In this document: positions 18,640-27,461 of the stretch, in pieces
Layout of the letters: every line of letters begins with the position of its first letter
How positions within the stretch are numbered: the first letter of the stretch is position 1
Source: Ostreococcus tauri
Lineage: Eukaryota
Direction: 5' to 3'
DNA: 32,000 nucleotides
NCBI GenBank assembly: GCA_000214015.2
Contig: CAID01000009.2
Location: 1-32,000, forward strand
Made by a program: the position numbers and the translations under genes
Notes under the pieces: generated by a model
The model's input: only the letters and a program-made list of their open reading frames with translations
What the model was told of the DNA's origin: nothing
Databases searched by the model: none

Positions 18640-19145
18640 TGGGTCGACGCGCGACCGCGCGCGGTCGGTCCGCGCGCGCGCGCCCGAGCGACCGGTGGAT
18701 GGGTCGGGTGGGTGCACGCATCGTGCGTCCGCGAGCGACGATGGACGTCGTGCACGAGCTCGCGGCGGCGCCGGATTCGACGTACGGACCGTTCGTTGCC
18801 GTCGCCGCGGCGGTGTACGTCGGATGGGTGTTCTACGACGGCGCGAGAGAGGTGGAGCGGCTCACGCGCGAGCTCGAGTCGAGAGGATACGACGTGAGCG
18901 CGATTAACAAGCTGAAGGAGCTCAGATTCCTCAAGCGCGCGGTGGACGGGGGCGATAAGGCGATCATTCAGGAATCTTTGGATAAGATTTGGTTTTCCCG
19001 AGCGAAGACGATCGCAGCGACGGGGGATTTGATGCAGGTGCGACGCATGACGCAGTACTGGAAGACGCGCGGCGTCAAGGTGGAGCGACTCTCCGACCTG
19101 GACGTCCTCCAGGACTGGATGGTGAACAAGTACAACAAGGCGTGA
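18582..19145 (+). CDS. Small orphan protein with one predicted TM helix; start ambiguous (18582, 18699 or 18741)
   Basis: The confident core is 18741..19145. It reads MDVVHELAAAPDSTYGPFVAVAAAVYVGWVFYDGAREVERLTRELESRGYDVSAINKLKELRFLKRAV...LQDWMVNKYNKA. In-frame upstream ATGs at 18699 (MGRVGARIVRPRAT) and 18582 (MMSSATTTTTTTTTATTTTVGRRATARGRS, poly-Thr from the microsatellite) would add a transit-peptide-like extension. I recognise no family. Confidence 0.5.
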
Positions 19146-19388
19146 CGCGCGCGAGGAGCGGGATGTATTACGATTGTTATTCGTCTTCACGCGCGAGCGA
19201 GCGCGAGCGAGGGCGGGAGCTCTCTCCCTCGCCACTTTCACCAGTCACGACCCTCGAACGACCCCCACGATTGCTTTCGCGCCAACTCTGGCTCCGAACA
19301 TCCTTTCGCCCGACTTGTTCCCCTGGATCGAAAGATCGTTCGCACTTTGCGCCTCTGAAGCGCGTCAAACCACGCGCGCGCACGCGAG

Positions 19389-20071
19389 ATGATCACATTT
19401 ACCTTGAAGTGCGCCGGTTTTGGCGTCGGTTACCTCTACCCGACGTACAGTGCGCTCAAACTCCTCGATCGCAAGGTGATTGGACCGGAAGATGTGACGT
19501 TGTGGTTGACCTACTTCATCGTCGCGTTCTCGCTCGTGATCGGTGAATCCATCGGCTTGGTCTCCTGGTACGTGTTCGTATTACGTTGCACACGCGTTCG
19601 CGCGCGCGCGAGGGGGGAACGCGGCGAACGAACGCGCGCGAGGGGAAGATGATGGAGAATTCTACTCGTCCTCGACGGTTTCAAACGCGCGGCGCGACGA
19701 ACGCACGGAACCCCTCGAACGCACGAAGAGAGACTGACGACGCGTTTCGCTCGCACAGGATCCCGGCGTACCGCATGCTCAAGATTTTGTTCTGCGCGTG
19801 GATGGTCAACCCGAGGTTCAAGGGCGCCATCACCGTCTACAAAAAGGGCATTCAGCCCGTCTTCCACCAGCTGTCTCCATCCATCGATAAACACACCGAG
19901 AACTTGAAGAAGGGTGACTTCGCGGCCATCCAACAGGAACTCGGCCCGCAATTCGCCCGGGTTCAGGAGCTCGTGAAGAAGCACGGTCCCGAAGCGATCG
20001 AAAAAGCCTTGAACTTGGCGGGTAAGGGTGGCGACAAGAAGAAGCCCGAAGCCAACGGCAAGGCGGAGTAG
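19389..20071 (+). CDS. HVA22 / TB2 / DP1 (REEP) family membrane protein; join(19389..19567, 19759..20071)
   Basis: Track ORFs 19389..19652 and 19586..20071 carry the two halves: GYLYPTYSALKLL...WLTYFIVAFSLVIGESIGLVSW and IPAYRMLKILFCAWMVNPRFKGAITVYKKGIQPVF. The splice TG|GTACGT ... cgcacag|G (phase 2) restores LVSW-IPAYRMLK. Confidence 0.85.
19568..19758 (+). other. Intron (191 nt) in the HVA22-like gene
   Basis: The donor is GTACGT. ACTGAC lies at 19733..19738, 21 nt before the acceptor CAG ending at 19758. Confidence 0.8.
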
Positions 20072-20185
20072 GTGCGACGATCCGATGATGAAACGACCGC
20101 CCGATTCGTAGGGTCTTTGTGATTACAATCAGGATGTATGCATACTTCGTGCACCTTGTCCGCGTGTATTAGATTCGCGAACGTA

Positions 20186-21271
20186 TTAAAGTGGAGAAAA
20201 CGTGCTCCGTACCGCGGCGGCGCCGCCAGGCGACTCGCGATACATTTGCGACAAGCGCTCGATGTCCGCGGGACTACCGACGTGAATGGGCATTCTCTCG
20301 TGCGCCGACGTCGGAACGAAATCCAGCACGCGCGTATCGGCGGCAGAAATCGCCAAGCCCCCAGCGCGCTCGATGATGGCCGACATGGGGAAGCATTCGT
20401 ACACCGCTCGAAGCTTGCCGTTTGGGTTGGACGCGTCCGCGGGATAGTGAAACGTCCCCCCGTACAGCAGTGTTCTGTGGACGTCGGCGACCATGGAACC
20501 AATGTATCGAAGCGACTTCTTCTCCTTCGAGCACTCATCGATGTATGCTCGCATAACGTCGTCCCATTTTCGATAATTCGCCTGGTTCACGCTGTACACG
20601 TTGCCCGAAGTCGGGATGCGAATGTTTGCCTTTGTGAGCACAAAGGCGTCGAGACTCTCGTCGTAGGTGAACGCGCACACCGCGCCGGTGGACATGAAAC
20701 TCAACACGAGAATCGTCGACGCGCCGTACATGACGTATCCAACGCTGCGCATGTCGTTTCCCGGACGCGCGTACACGGATGCAGCCGCGGAGTTTTCATC
20801 GACGCCGACGAGACCAAAAATCGTCCCCACGCCGACGCCGCACTCGATGTTGGAGCTCCCGTCCAAGGGATCGAAAACAACCGCGATGCGTCCTCTCGGA
20901 TTCGCGGCGACCACGTCCTCGCTCTCTTCGCTCGCGATCCAAGCCGACGACCCCTCTTCGCGCAGCGCCTCGACGCACATCTCGTGCGCCGCGTCGTCCA
21001 GCGCCGCCTGTTCCTCTCCGTGCACGTTCACCGCCCCATTCTTCCCCTCCACGTACGCCTTCACGTCCGTCAATCCAGCGCGTCGCACGAACCGCCCAAT
21101 CTTCGCGCACGTCCGCGCGAGCGCCCGAACGATCGCCGCTTCGTTCTCGCAATCCTCCGCCTCGCGCGCGCTCGTCGACGCCTCCACCGCGTCCGCCGCG
21201 CGCGCGCGCAAATATTCATGCAGCGTCGCGGCGCCAACCTCATACGCCCCCGCTAAACCCGCATCGCCCAT
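20186..21271 (-). CDS. FBP: Fructose-1,6-bisphosphatase (class 1)
   Basis: Motifs present are VVFDPLDGSSNIECGVGVGTIFG, RYIGSMVADVHRTLLYGG and GKLRAVYECFPMSAIIERAGG. These are FBPase-type rather than SBPase-type. The track ORF runs on to 22234 only because the GC-rich upstream DNA has no stops. The preferred start is ATG 21271 (MGDAGLAGAYEV), giving 361 aa with no obvious transit peptide. Confidence 0.85.
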   Translation of the reverse strand: MGDAGLAGAYEVGAATLHEYLRARAADAVEASTSAREAEDCENEAAIVRALARTCAKIGRFVRRAGLTDVKAYVEGKNGAVNVHGEEQAALDDAAHEMCVEALREEGSSAWIASEESEDVVAANPRGRIAVVFDPLDGSSNIECGVGVGTIFGLVGVDENSAAASVYARPGNDMRSVGYVMYGASTILVLSFMSTGAVCAFTYDESLDAFVLTKANIRIPTSGNVYSVNQANYRKWDDVMRAYIDECSKEKKSLRYIGSMVADVHRTLLYGGTFHYPADASNPNGKLRAVYECFPMSAIIERAGGLAISAADTRVLDFVPTSAHERMPIHVGSPADIERLSQMYRESPGGAAAVRSTFSPL

Positions 21272-21566
21272 CGCTCGCCCGTCACCGCGCTCGACGCCCG
21301 TCCGCGCCGTCGTCCGTCCGCGTCGCCCCGCACCGCGCCCGACGCCCACGCGCGGGTGAATGCGCGCGCGCGCCGTCGCCCGCGGTCGCGCCCCGACGCC
21401 CACGCGCGCGTCCACGGCGACGGGCGCGATCGTCCCGCGCGTCGCGCGACGTCGAGCGCGCGCGCGCGGACGACGCGCGACGGGCACGACGACGCCCACC
21501 TCGATCCCGCCCCACCCCGCGGGCGTTCGAACCGCGGGGGGCGATCGCGCGCGCGCTCGACGACGA

Positions 21567-21594
21567 GTCGTGACTCGTGGGTCGTGACTCGTGA
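21567..21594. repeat. Tandem 14-bp duplication GTCGTGACTCGTGG / GTCGTGACTCGTGA in the FBPase/SPP bidirectional promoter
   Basis: Direct reading. A separate 16-nt direct repeat CCGACGCCCACGCGCG occurs at 21339..21354 and 21393..21408. Confidence 0.8.
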
Positions 21595-21725
21595 CGGCGC
21601 GCGACGTGAGACTCCAACGCGTGTGACGCGGACCATCGTCCACGGACGCGCCGACGTCGCGGCGACGATCGACGCCTCGCGAACGTCGACCGGGGCGACG
21701 GCGACGGGAGACGAACGCGCGCGCG

Positions 21726-24700
21726 ATGGCGAATGCTATCGCGTCCACCGTGGGCGTTCGGGAGCGACGGCCTTGGACGCCATCGAACGGGCGACGCGAG
21801 GGGTGGAATCGCGCGGGCGACGGGAGGGGTGGGCGTCGCGCGACGAGGACGCGGACGCGGACGACGACGGGCGCGCGATCGGTGGAGACGCGTCGACGAG
21901 GGGTGGGATCGGTGCGAGGACGATGCGTCGCGGCGTCGGCGGCGAACGGGGGGGAGCGAGGGGCGTACGTCGAGACGCAGGCGGGGCGGTGGGACCGCGC
22001 GTTGGAGGCGCTGGCGACCGAGGTGGATCCGAGCGAGGCGATCGCTTTGCTCGATCGACCGCTCCCGTCGCACGAGGAGATCCGACGGGGGACGTTGGAG
22101 AATGGGTTGAAGTACGTGATTTTACCCAACAAGGTGCCGGAGGGACGATTTGAGGCGCACCTGGAGATGCACGTGGGGGCGGTGGATGAGCGCGAGGACG
22201 AGCAAGGCTTGGCGCACCTCGTGGAGCATGTCACGTTTCTGGGTTCGCGTAAGCGCGATCAGTGGCTGGGAAGCGGGACGAGAGGTAACGCGTACACTGA
22301 TTTCCACCACACCGTGTTCCACATCCACGCGCCGACGACGAACAAGGATGGGCACTACATGCCTCCAAACGTCTTGGATATTCTGAATGACGTCGCGTTC
22401 ACGCCACAGTTATTGGAAACGCGCGTGGCCAAGGAGAAGAAGGCGGTGCTCGCGGAGGCGCAAATGATGAATACGATCGAGTATCGCGTGGACTGTCAGC
22501 TTCTCGAGCATTTGCACTGGGATAATCTTCTCGGGACGCGGTTCCCCATCGGTAAGCTCGATCAGGTCGAAGCGTGGCCCGCGCAAGCGGTGAAAGATTT
22601 CCACGCACGGTGGTACTTTCCGGCCAACGCGACGCTTTACGTCGTGGGTGACTTCGATGCTACTGTGGATGAGGTGGAGGAGATGATCGCCACCGCGTTT
22701 GGGGAAGCCGCCCCGGCCGAGGGAGCGGAGGAAGTTGGCTCTCCCCTGGAGCGTCATCGCGTTCGGCCGCCCGTGAAGCACGCTTACGGTGCGCCCTCTT
22801 ACGAGCTCGAAGAGATCAAGCGAATGAACGAAGAAGCCAAGGCAAAAGCCTTGGAAGATCCTTTCATGCCGTTCGTCGCGGATGAGGGCAAGGTTTCGAT
22901 GTTTCAACACGAGCACTTGTCCAACGCGAGCTTTAACATTTTCTCAAAGTTGGAAATCAAGCCGCTTAAGCGCATGGGAGATTTGTACAGGACGATCCTT
23001 CAGCGCATCGTGTTGTTGGTGTTACAAAGCCGCATTCAAGCGCGTTATGCGGAGACAAATGCGGATTACAAGCGCGTCGAACTGGACCACTCTGACTCTG
23101 CGCGCGAGGGGTGCTGCGTCAGCACGGTCACCGTGACATGCGAACCTCGCGAGTACGAGTTCGCCCTGCAAGTCGCCGTGGAGGAGGCTCGGCGTTTGCA
23201 AAAGTTCGGTTTGACTCCGAGTGAGCTCGACCGTTTCAAGGCTGCCATGCTTCGTGATTCAGAACAGCTCGCGCAGCAAGCCGGGAGCGTGCCGAGCCTG
23301 GAAAACCTCGACTTCATCATGGAGCAGGACGCGTGCGGCCATGTCGTCATGGACCAAGTCGCCGGACACGAAGCCATGGTGGACATGGCAGATTTACTCA
23401 CCCTCGATGCGTGTAACGGTATGTGCGATGAGCTTTTGGGCTTCATCGGCGAATACGGCAAGGCACACAACCGCTCGAAGAACAGCGGCATGTGCACGGC
23501 CATCGTCGCATGCGTCCCGGCCACGATGACCGACGCCAAGGGCGAGACCGTGCCCTTCGATATTACTCCCGAGCGCATCGAACAAGTTCTCGCCGCTGAC
23601 TACGGCGAGATCACGGAGCCCGAGGACATTTACGTCCCGGAAGTGTTGGTCTCCGATGAAGAGGTTGACACGCTCTTCGCCAATATGTCGCCAGAGTTTG
23701 TCGAGGCAACCTATCACGAGCCAACGGGAGTGTACCAACGCACGTTGAGTAATGGGATCAGAGTGAACTACAAGGTTCTCGATGCCGAGCCCGGAAGTGC
23801 GTTCCTTCGTCTCGTCGTCCCTGGGGGCCGATCGTTGGAGAGCCCAGAAATAGGTCCCGGCGGCATCGGTGCCTCGGCGGTTGGTCTTCGAACGGTTCAA
23901 GAAGCCGGAGACGTCGGAAGTTGGAGCCGCAAACAAATTGAATTGTTGACCATGCAACATTTGCTAGTGTACGACGTCGAGCCCGAGGTCGAATATCTGT
24001 TCATGGACTCTGCGTTTGCAACGGATGGTGGCTTGAGGACTATTCTCGAGATAATCCATCTCACTCTCACCAAGCCAAACTGGGACGAGCAAGCGCTCGA
24101 GCGAGTCAAGGACATTTATCGCATGTTCCAAATCAATACGAACAAGAACATTGAACTCCTGACTCACGAAACCATCAACGCGGTGATTTACAATGATCGA
24201 CGCATCATGGATCCGAACAAGGAGGCGCTCGCGGCGCTGACGCTCGATGGAGTGCGAGAGATTATCGAGAAGCAGTTTGCCAGCGGGGCGTTGGAGCTCA
24301 ACATCGTCGGAGACATCATTCCGGAAGAAGTAGACGATCTGGTTCTCGCTTTCATGGGTTCAATCAAGACGAAACCGTCGCCACCGTCGCTCGTGGCCCC
24401 GCTGAAGTTGAAGGATGTGCCGGCGGATGATCCCATCCGCGCGCAGCGACTTTGGTTGAGAGACAGCGATGAGCGCGCATGCGCCGTTGCTGCCGGTCCG
24501 GGACCGTCCATGTGGGAACCGATGACGAAGTTGTTCAACGAAATCCCTAGCTTTATCAACGTGGAGTCGTACACGCCTGAACAGATTGCCGCTTTGAAGG
24601 ATCCGGTGAACGAGGTTGCCGCGGCGAAGGGCAACCCATTCGCGCGTCAATCCGTGCGACGAGCCAATCCGCTGGCGACTTATTGCGCGGGCATGATGCT

Positions 24701-25295
24701 CGCTGAAGTTGTGGGTGGTAGGCTGTTCACCACGGTTAGAGACGCGTTGGGTCTGACGTATGACTGCAACTTTACGATGTCGTTCGGCTTGCAGAATAAC
24801 GACGCTACGACGTACAGGTTGTTGGTGACGTCAACGCCGGAAAAGATCGATGACGCGCTTCAGGCCGGCGTCCGTGTGATGCGAGGATTCAAGACGCAGC
24901 GCGTGAGCCAGCGCGAGGTCGATCGCGCGCGCTTGACCTTGTTGAGTCGACACGAGATGGACCTCAAAACGAACAACTACTGGGCTGATCTCATGCAGTG
25001 CACAAACACCCCGGACCTGGCGCCGAAGAAGAAGATCCAGTGCATCGCGGACTTGCCGCTAATGTACGACGCGATGACCGTGGAAGATCTTCAACAGGTG
25101 TACGATCGCCTGGGCCTGGGCGAGGGCGAGATGTTCACCAGCGTCACCATCGCCGGCAAGGAGGAGCCGCCGCCATACCTGTCGCCCAAGGATGTTGACG
25201 CTGCCGCATTAGCCGCGCAAACCTTGACCGCGGCGCTCGGCGGATTGAACATCGCCGAGGCGATTAAAAAGCTCAAAGAGCAATCCAACACGTAA
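21726..25295 (+). CDS. SPP: Stromal processing peptidase (M16 family zinc metalloprotease)
   Basis: This is a single 1189-aa ORF from ATG 21726. The inverted zinc motif HxxEH sits in GLAHLVEHVTFLGSRKRDQWLGSGTRGNAYTDFHHTVFHIHAP, which closely matches plant SPP/CPE as I recall it. The N-terminus is rich in Arg, Gly and Thr. Confidence 0.88.
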   Translation: MANAIASTVGVRERRPWTPSNGRREGWNRAGDGRGGRRATRTRTRTTTGARSVETRRRGVGSVRGRCVAASAANGGERGAYVETQAGRWDRALEALATEVDPSEAIALLDRPLPSHEEIRRGTLENGLKYVILPNKVPEGRFEAHLEMHVGAVDEREDEQGLAHLVEHVTFLGSRKRDQWLGSGTRGNAYTDFHHTVFHIHAPTTNKDGHYMPPNVLDILNDVAFTPQLLETRVAKEKKAVLAEAQMMNTIEYRVDCQLLEHLHWDNLLGTRFPIGKLDQVEAWPAQAVKDFHARWYFPANATLYVVGDFDATVDEVEEMIATAFGEAAPAEGAEEVGSPLERHRVRPPVKHAYGAPSYELEEIKRMNEEAKAKALEDPFMPFVADEGKVSMFQHEHLSNASFNIFSKLEIKPLKRMGDLYRTILQRIVLLVLQSRIQARYAETNADYKRVELDHSDSAREGCCVSTVTVTCEPREYEFALQVAVEEARRLQKFGLTPSELDRFKAAMLRDSEQLAQQAGSVPSLENLDFIMEQDACGHVVMDQVAGHEAMVDMADLLTLDACNGMCDELLGFIGEYGKAHNRSKNSGMCTAIVACVPATMTDAKGETVPFDITPERIEQVLAADYGEITEPEDIYVPEVLVSDEEVDTLFANMSPEFVEATYHEPTGVYQRTLSNGIRVNYKVLDAEPGSAFLRLVVPGGRSLESPEIGPGGIGASAVGLRTVQEAGDVGSWSRKQIELLTMQHLLVYDVEPEVEYLFMDSAFATDGGLRTILEIIHLTLTKPNWDEQALERVKDIYRMFQINTNKNIELLTHETINAVIYNDRRIMDPNKEALAALTLDGVREIIEKQFASGALELNIVGDIIPEEVDDLVLAFMGSIKTKPSPPSLVAPLKLKDVPADDPIRAQRLWLRDSDERACAVAAGPGPSMWEPMTKLFNEIPSFINVESYTPEQIAALKDPVNEVAAAKGNPFARQSVRRANPLATYCAGMMLAEVVGGRLFTTVRDALGLTYDCNFTMSFGLQNNDATTYRLLVTSTPEKIDDALQAGVRVMRGFKTQRVSQREVDRARLTLLSRHEMDLKTNNYWADLMQCTNTPDLAPKKKIQCIADLPLMYDAMTVEDLQQVYDRLGLGEGEMFTSVTIAGKEEPPPYLSPKDVDAAALAAQTLTAALGGLNIAEAIKKLKEQSNT

Positions 25296-25400
25296 TAGCA
25301 GCAAGAAACCAGTAGGTTTCATTTAATTGAGTTTGCGAAATCTACCTACACCTCGTTTGCGAGCTAACGCGCGTCCGCAATTCCTCGCGCGTTTCAAGTC

Positions 25401-26402
25401 ATGACTCGCGACGAGAACGCTCCCCCGGCTCTGAGTGAGTACGAGCTCCAACGTTTGGCTCACGTCGAGCGTAACCGTGCGTACATGAAGCGGCTCGGCG
25501 TGTTACAAATCTCAAAAGACATGTTTGGTGACGCAAACAATCGTCGATCGAACGCGAACTCTCGGAAGCGCAAGACGCTTCAAGAACCCACGAGGCGATC
25601 GTCTCGAGTGGTCGGGATCAAGCCCGAGCACGATGGCTCCGCGATCGACGCCATGGACGATGGTGACGAGCCTGGAGAGAACTCGAGGCGACAGCCAAAG
25701 TTGGCTCGGGACGAAGACGAGGAGACGGACGCGTTCGCGGCGTCTCGAGAGTGGTTGGCCGGGGCGCGAGAGCGTTTGTTGGAGACTCGAGCGGCGAGTG
25801 GGAAGACGAATGAGAGCGCATGGCGCGCGGATGCGGTTCGACGTTGGGGAGAGGACGTTCCATCGCACGTGGACGACTGGGAGACCTGGGTCAAATCTAG
25901 GCTTGGGAAACCGCCGCCGCCGAGTGAATTACAGCTATTGCAGGAGTATTACGCGCACGACGCTTGGATGCTTCTCATCGCGTGCGCTCTGATGAGTCGA
26001 GTTGCGAGTGGGCCGTTGAAACACGAGGTGATATCAAATTTCTTTGAAAAGTTTCCAACGCCAACGGCGGCGCTGCATGCCGACGCAGAGGAAGTCTTCG
26101 AGGTCATCAAACGACTCGGTCTCTTTCCGGGGCGACATAGAACCATCGTCGAGGTCAGTACGGCGATTCTCACGAACACCGGGGCGTTCGAGGTTGGTCT
26201 CGAACCAGAAAAGAAAATTTACGGAATTGGCGAGTTTGGCATCGATTCTTTCGAGATTTTCGCGCGAGGTGACATCAACCGCAAACCAAAAGATTGCAAT
26301 CTCGCGGCGTTCTGTTCGTGGCAACGACGACACGGCGGCGCGAAGGAGGAGATTGAGGAGAAGCCGACCGTCGTCAGCGTCAAGAAGGAGCGCAGCGATT
26401 AG
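25401..26402 (+). CDS. MBD4-like HhH-GPD DNA glycosylase (no MBD domain)
   Basis: The C-terminal 150 aa aligns by eye with the MBD4 glycosylase domain: DAWMLLIACALMSRVASGPL...FFEKFPTPTAALHADAEEVFEVIKRLGLFPGRHRTIVEVS...IYGIGEFGIDSFEIFARGD...PKDCNLAAFCSW. The MBD4 counterpart is DPWKLLIATIFLNRTSG...LGLY..RAKTIVKFS...LHGIGKYGNDSYRIFC. Confidence 0.75.
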   Translation: MTRDENAPPALSEYELQRLAHVERNRAYMKRLGVLQISKDMFGDANNRRSNANSRKRKTLQEPTRRSSRVVGIKPEHDGSAIDAMDDGDEPGENSRRQPKLARDEDEETDAFAASREWLAGARERLLETRAASGKTNESAWRADAVRRWGEDVPSHVDDWETWVKSRLGKPPPPSELQLLQEYYAHDAWMLLIACALMSRVASGPLKHEVISNFFEKFPTPTAALHADAEEVFEVIKRLGLFPGRHRTIVEVSTAILTNTGAFEVGLEPEKKIYGIGEFGIDSFEIFARGDINRKPKDCNLAAFCSWQRRHGGAKEEIEEKPTVVSVKKERSD

Positions 26403-26499
26403 TAGACGCGTTGTTGTATTCATTATGTTTTAATGGTTTATTTCAAGCGCAACGACTCGCGTCATTGTCACTCTTCCAGGCGTTGGGGAATCGCGAGTC

Positions 26500-26588
26500 G
26501 GACGTCGCGTTCGCTTCATCGACGAACCAGCCAACCGTGCATTCGGCTCTTTCGCTGGTTCGCGTCACGGTTCGCGAGCGCGTCGTCC
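26500..26588 (-). promoter_or_regulatory. Candidate SECIS element (type 2-like) in the 3' UTR of the type II peroxiredoxin
   Basis: Hand-folded RNA (minus strand). Helix I is GGACG-A-CGCG-C-UCGC pairing with GCGA-A-CGCG-A-CGUCC (13 of 15 positions pair). The core is GUGA (26568..26565) opposite GA (26520..26519), with a U.U flank. Helix II is CGAACCAG/CUGGUUCG (8 bp, plus a G.U). An unpaired AAA (26552..26550) lies 12 nt after the core. The apical mini-stem is CCG-AAUGCA-CGG. The element starts about 100 nt after the TAA stop. Confidence 0.55.
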
Positions 26589-26685
26589 TAGATCCCCTCA
26601 CCCACCCGTCGCTCTCGCTCTGGATCGAAAAGAAAATGTAAAACGAAAATGTAAAGGTTACGATCGGAGCTCGAACCCTCGCCGC

Positions 26686-27207
26686 TTACAAGGCGGCGAT
26701 ATCCTTGAGCATGTTATCAATGCACGAGGACTCGGGCCTTTCGTCCCCGGCGGGATCGTCCGGCCCTTCGCTCACGTTGATCACCTTGATCACGCCATCC
26801 TCGACGAACATCGCGAATCGCTTGCATCGCTTCGGTCCGAGCTTGGCGCACGGTCCCGGGTGCGTGAGCTCCATGTCCAACGCCTTGGTCATCACCGAGT
26901 TCGGGTCGGCGACGAAGGCGATGTTCGATCCCGCAATCTTTTGATCGATCGCCCAGGCCCCCATCACCGCGGCGTCGTTCACGCAGTAGACCAAAACCTC
27001 ATCAATCTTCGCGTTTTTCAACGCGTCCTGTCCCGCGAGGTATCCCGGGACCTGACACGTCGATCACGTGGGCGTGAACGCGCCGGGAAGACCGACGACG
27101 ATCGTTCGCTTGCCAGCCAAGCGCGCGCGCATCTTCACGGGCGTCGGCCACGTGGGCTCGTGGGATTGGGCGACGACGTCGGGGAACGCGTCACCGACCG
27201 CCACCAT
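26686..27207 (-). CDS. Type II (Prx5-like) peroxiredoxin with in-frame TGA (putative selenocysteine, codon 48) at the peroxidatic position
   Basis: Track ORF 26686..27021 is only the C-terminal part. Reading the same frame upstream gives MVAVGDAFPDVVAQSHEPTWPTPVKMRARLAGKRTIVVGLPGAFTPT-TGA-STCQVPGYLAGQDALKNAKIDEVLVYCVNDAAVMGAW... The TGA (27066..27064) aligns residue for residue with the Cys of the canonical PGAFTPTCSxxHxPGY motif. There are six residues between T and PGY in both sequences. The start ATG at 27207 matches the usual cytosolic PrxII N-terminus (M..IAVGD..PD). Confidence 0.75.
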
Positions 27208-27461
27208 GACGACTTCGCGCGCGGTGACGTGTGCGCACGCGCGCGGTCGAGCGATCGGAAGGCGCGTTCGGACGACGTCGAATTGCGTGACCGGTTTGGT
27301 GATTCATGACTCCAGAGAGGGGGTATGTATGTCGATTGGTTGTTGAGAGACCTCGCCGGTTGCGTCGTTGAGCGGATCTACTGTGATAAATATGATTACA
27401 TCGTACCTCGGACGAGGCCTTTGTTGGAATGCGCGTTCGCCGCGTCCGACGTCGCCGCCGT

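Noticed and set aside
18452-18721. An ATG at 18721 that extends the ABC ATPase by 90 aa, including a poly-Val run.
   Set aside because: The extension is the antisense reading of the (GAC)n microsatellite and has no similarity to CAF16/ABCI N-termini. Homology begins right after the Met at 18451.
20138-22234. A stack of long overlapping ORFs on both strands (372, 230, 264, 263 and 265 aa, plus the 682-aa extension of FBPase).
   Set aside because: All are Arg/Ala/Pro/Gly-rich low-complexity translations of stop-poor GC-rich DNA, or antisense to FBPase. Only the FBPase frame below 21271 and the SPP frame from 21726 contain recognisable domains.
26411-26641. A 76-aa + strand ORF between the glycosylase and peroxiredoxin genes.
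   Set aside because: It has a non-ATG track start. It lies antisense to the peroxiredoxin 3' UTR and SECIS hairpin, and it has no motif. The hairpin symmetry explains the open frame.
8123-27207. Apparent clustering of redox and plastid carbon genes (AOX, 2-Cys Prx, TPI, FBPase, SPP, PrxII) as a possible functional gene cluster.
   Set aside because: The genes are on mixed strands, interleaved with unrelated housekeeping genes (RPB4, RPN12, ABC ATPase), and have separate promoters. In a genome with one gene per ~1.3 kb this co-occurrence is not clearly beyond chance, and I cannot test it here.
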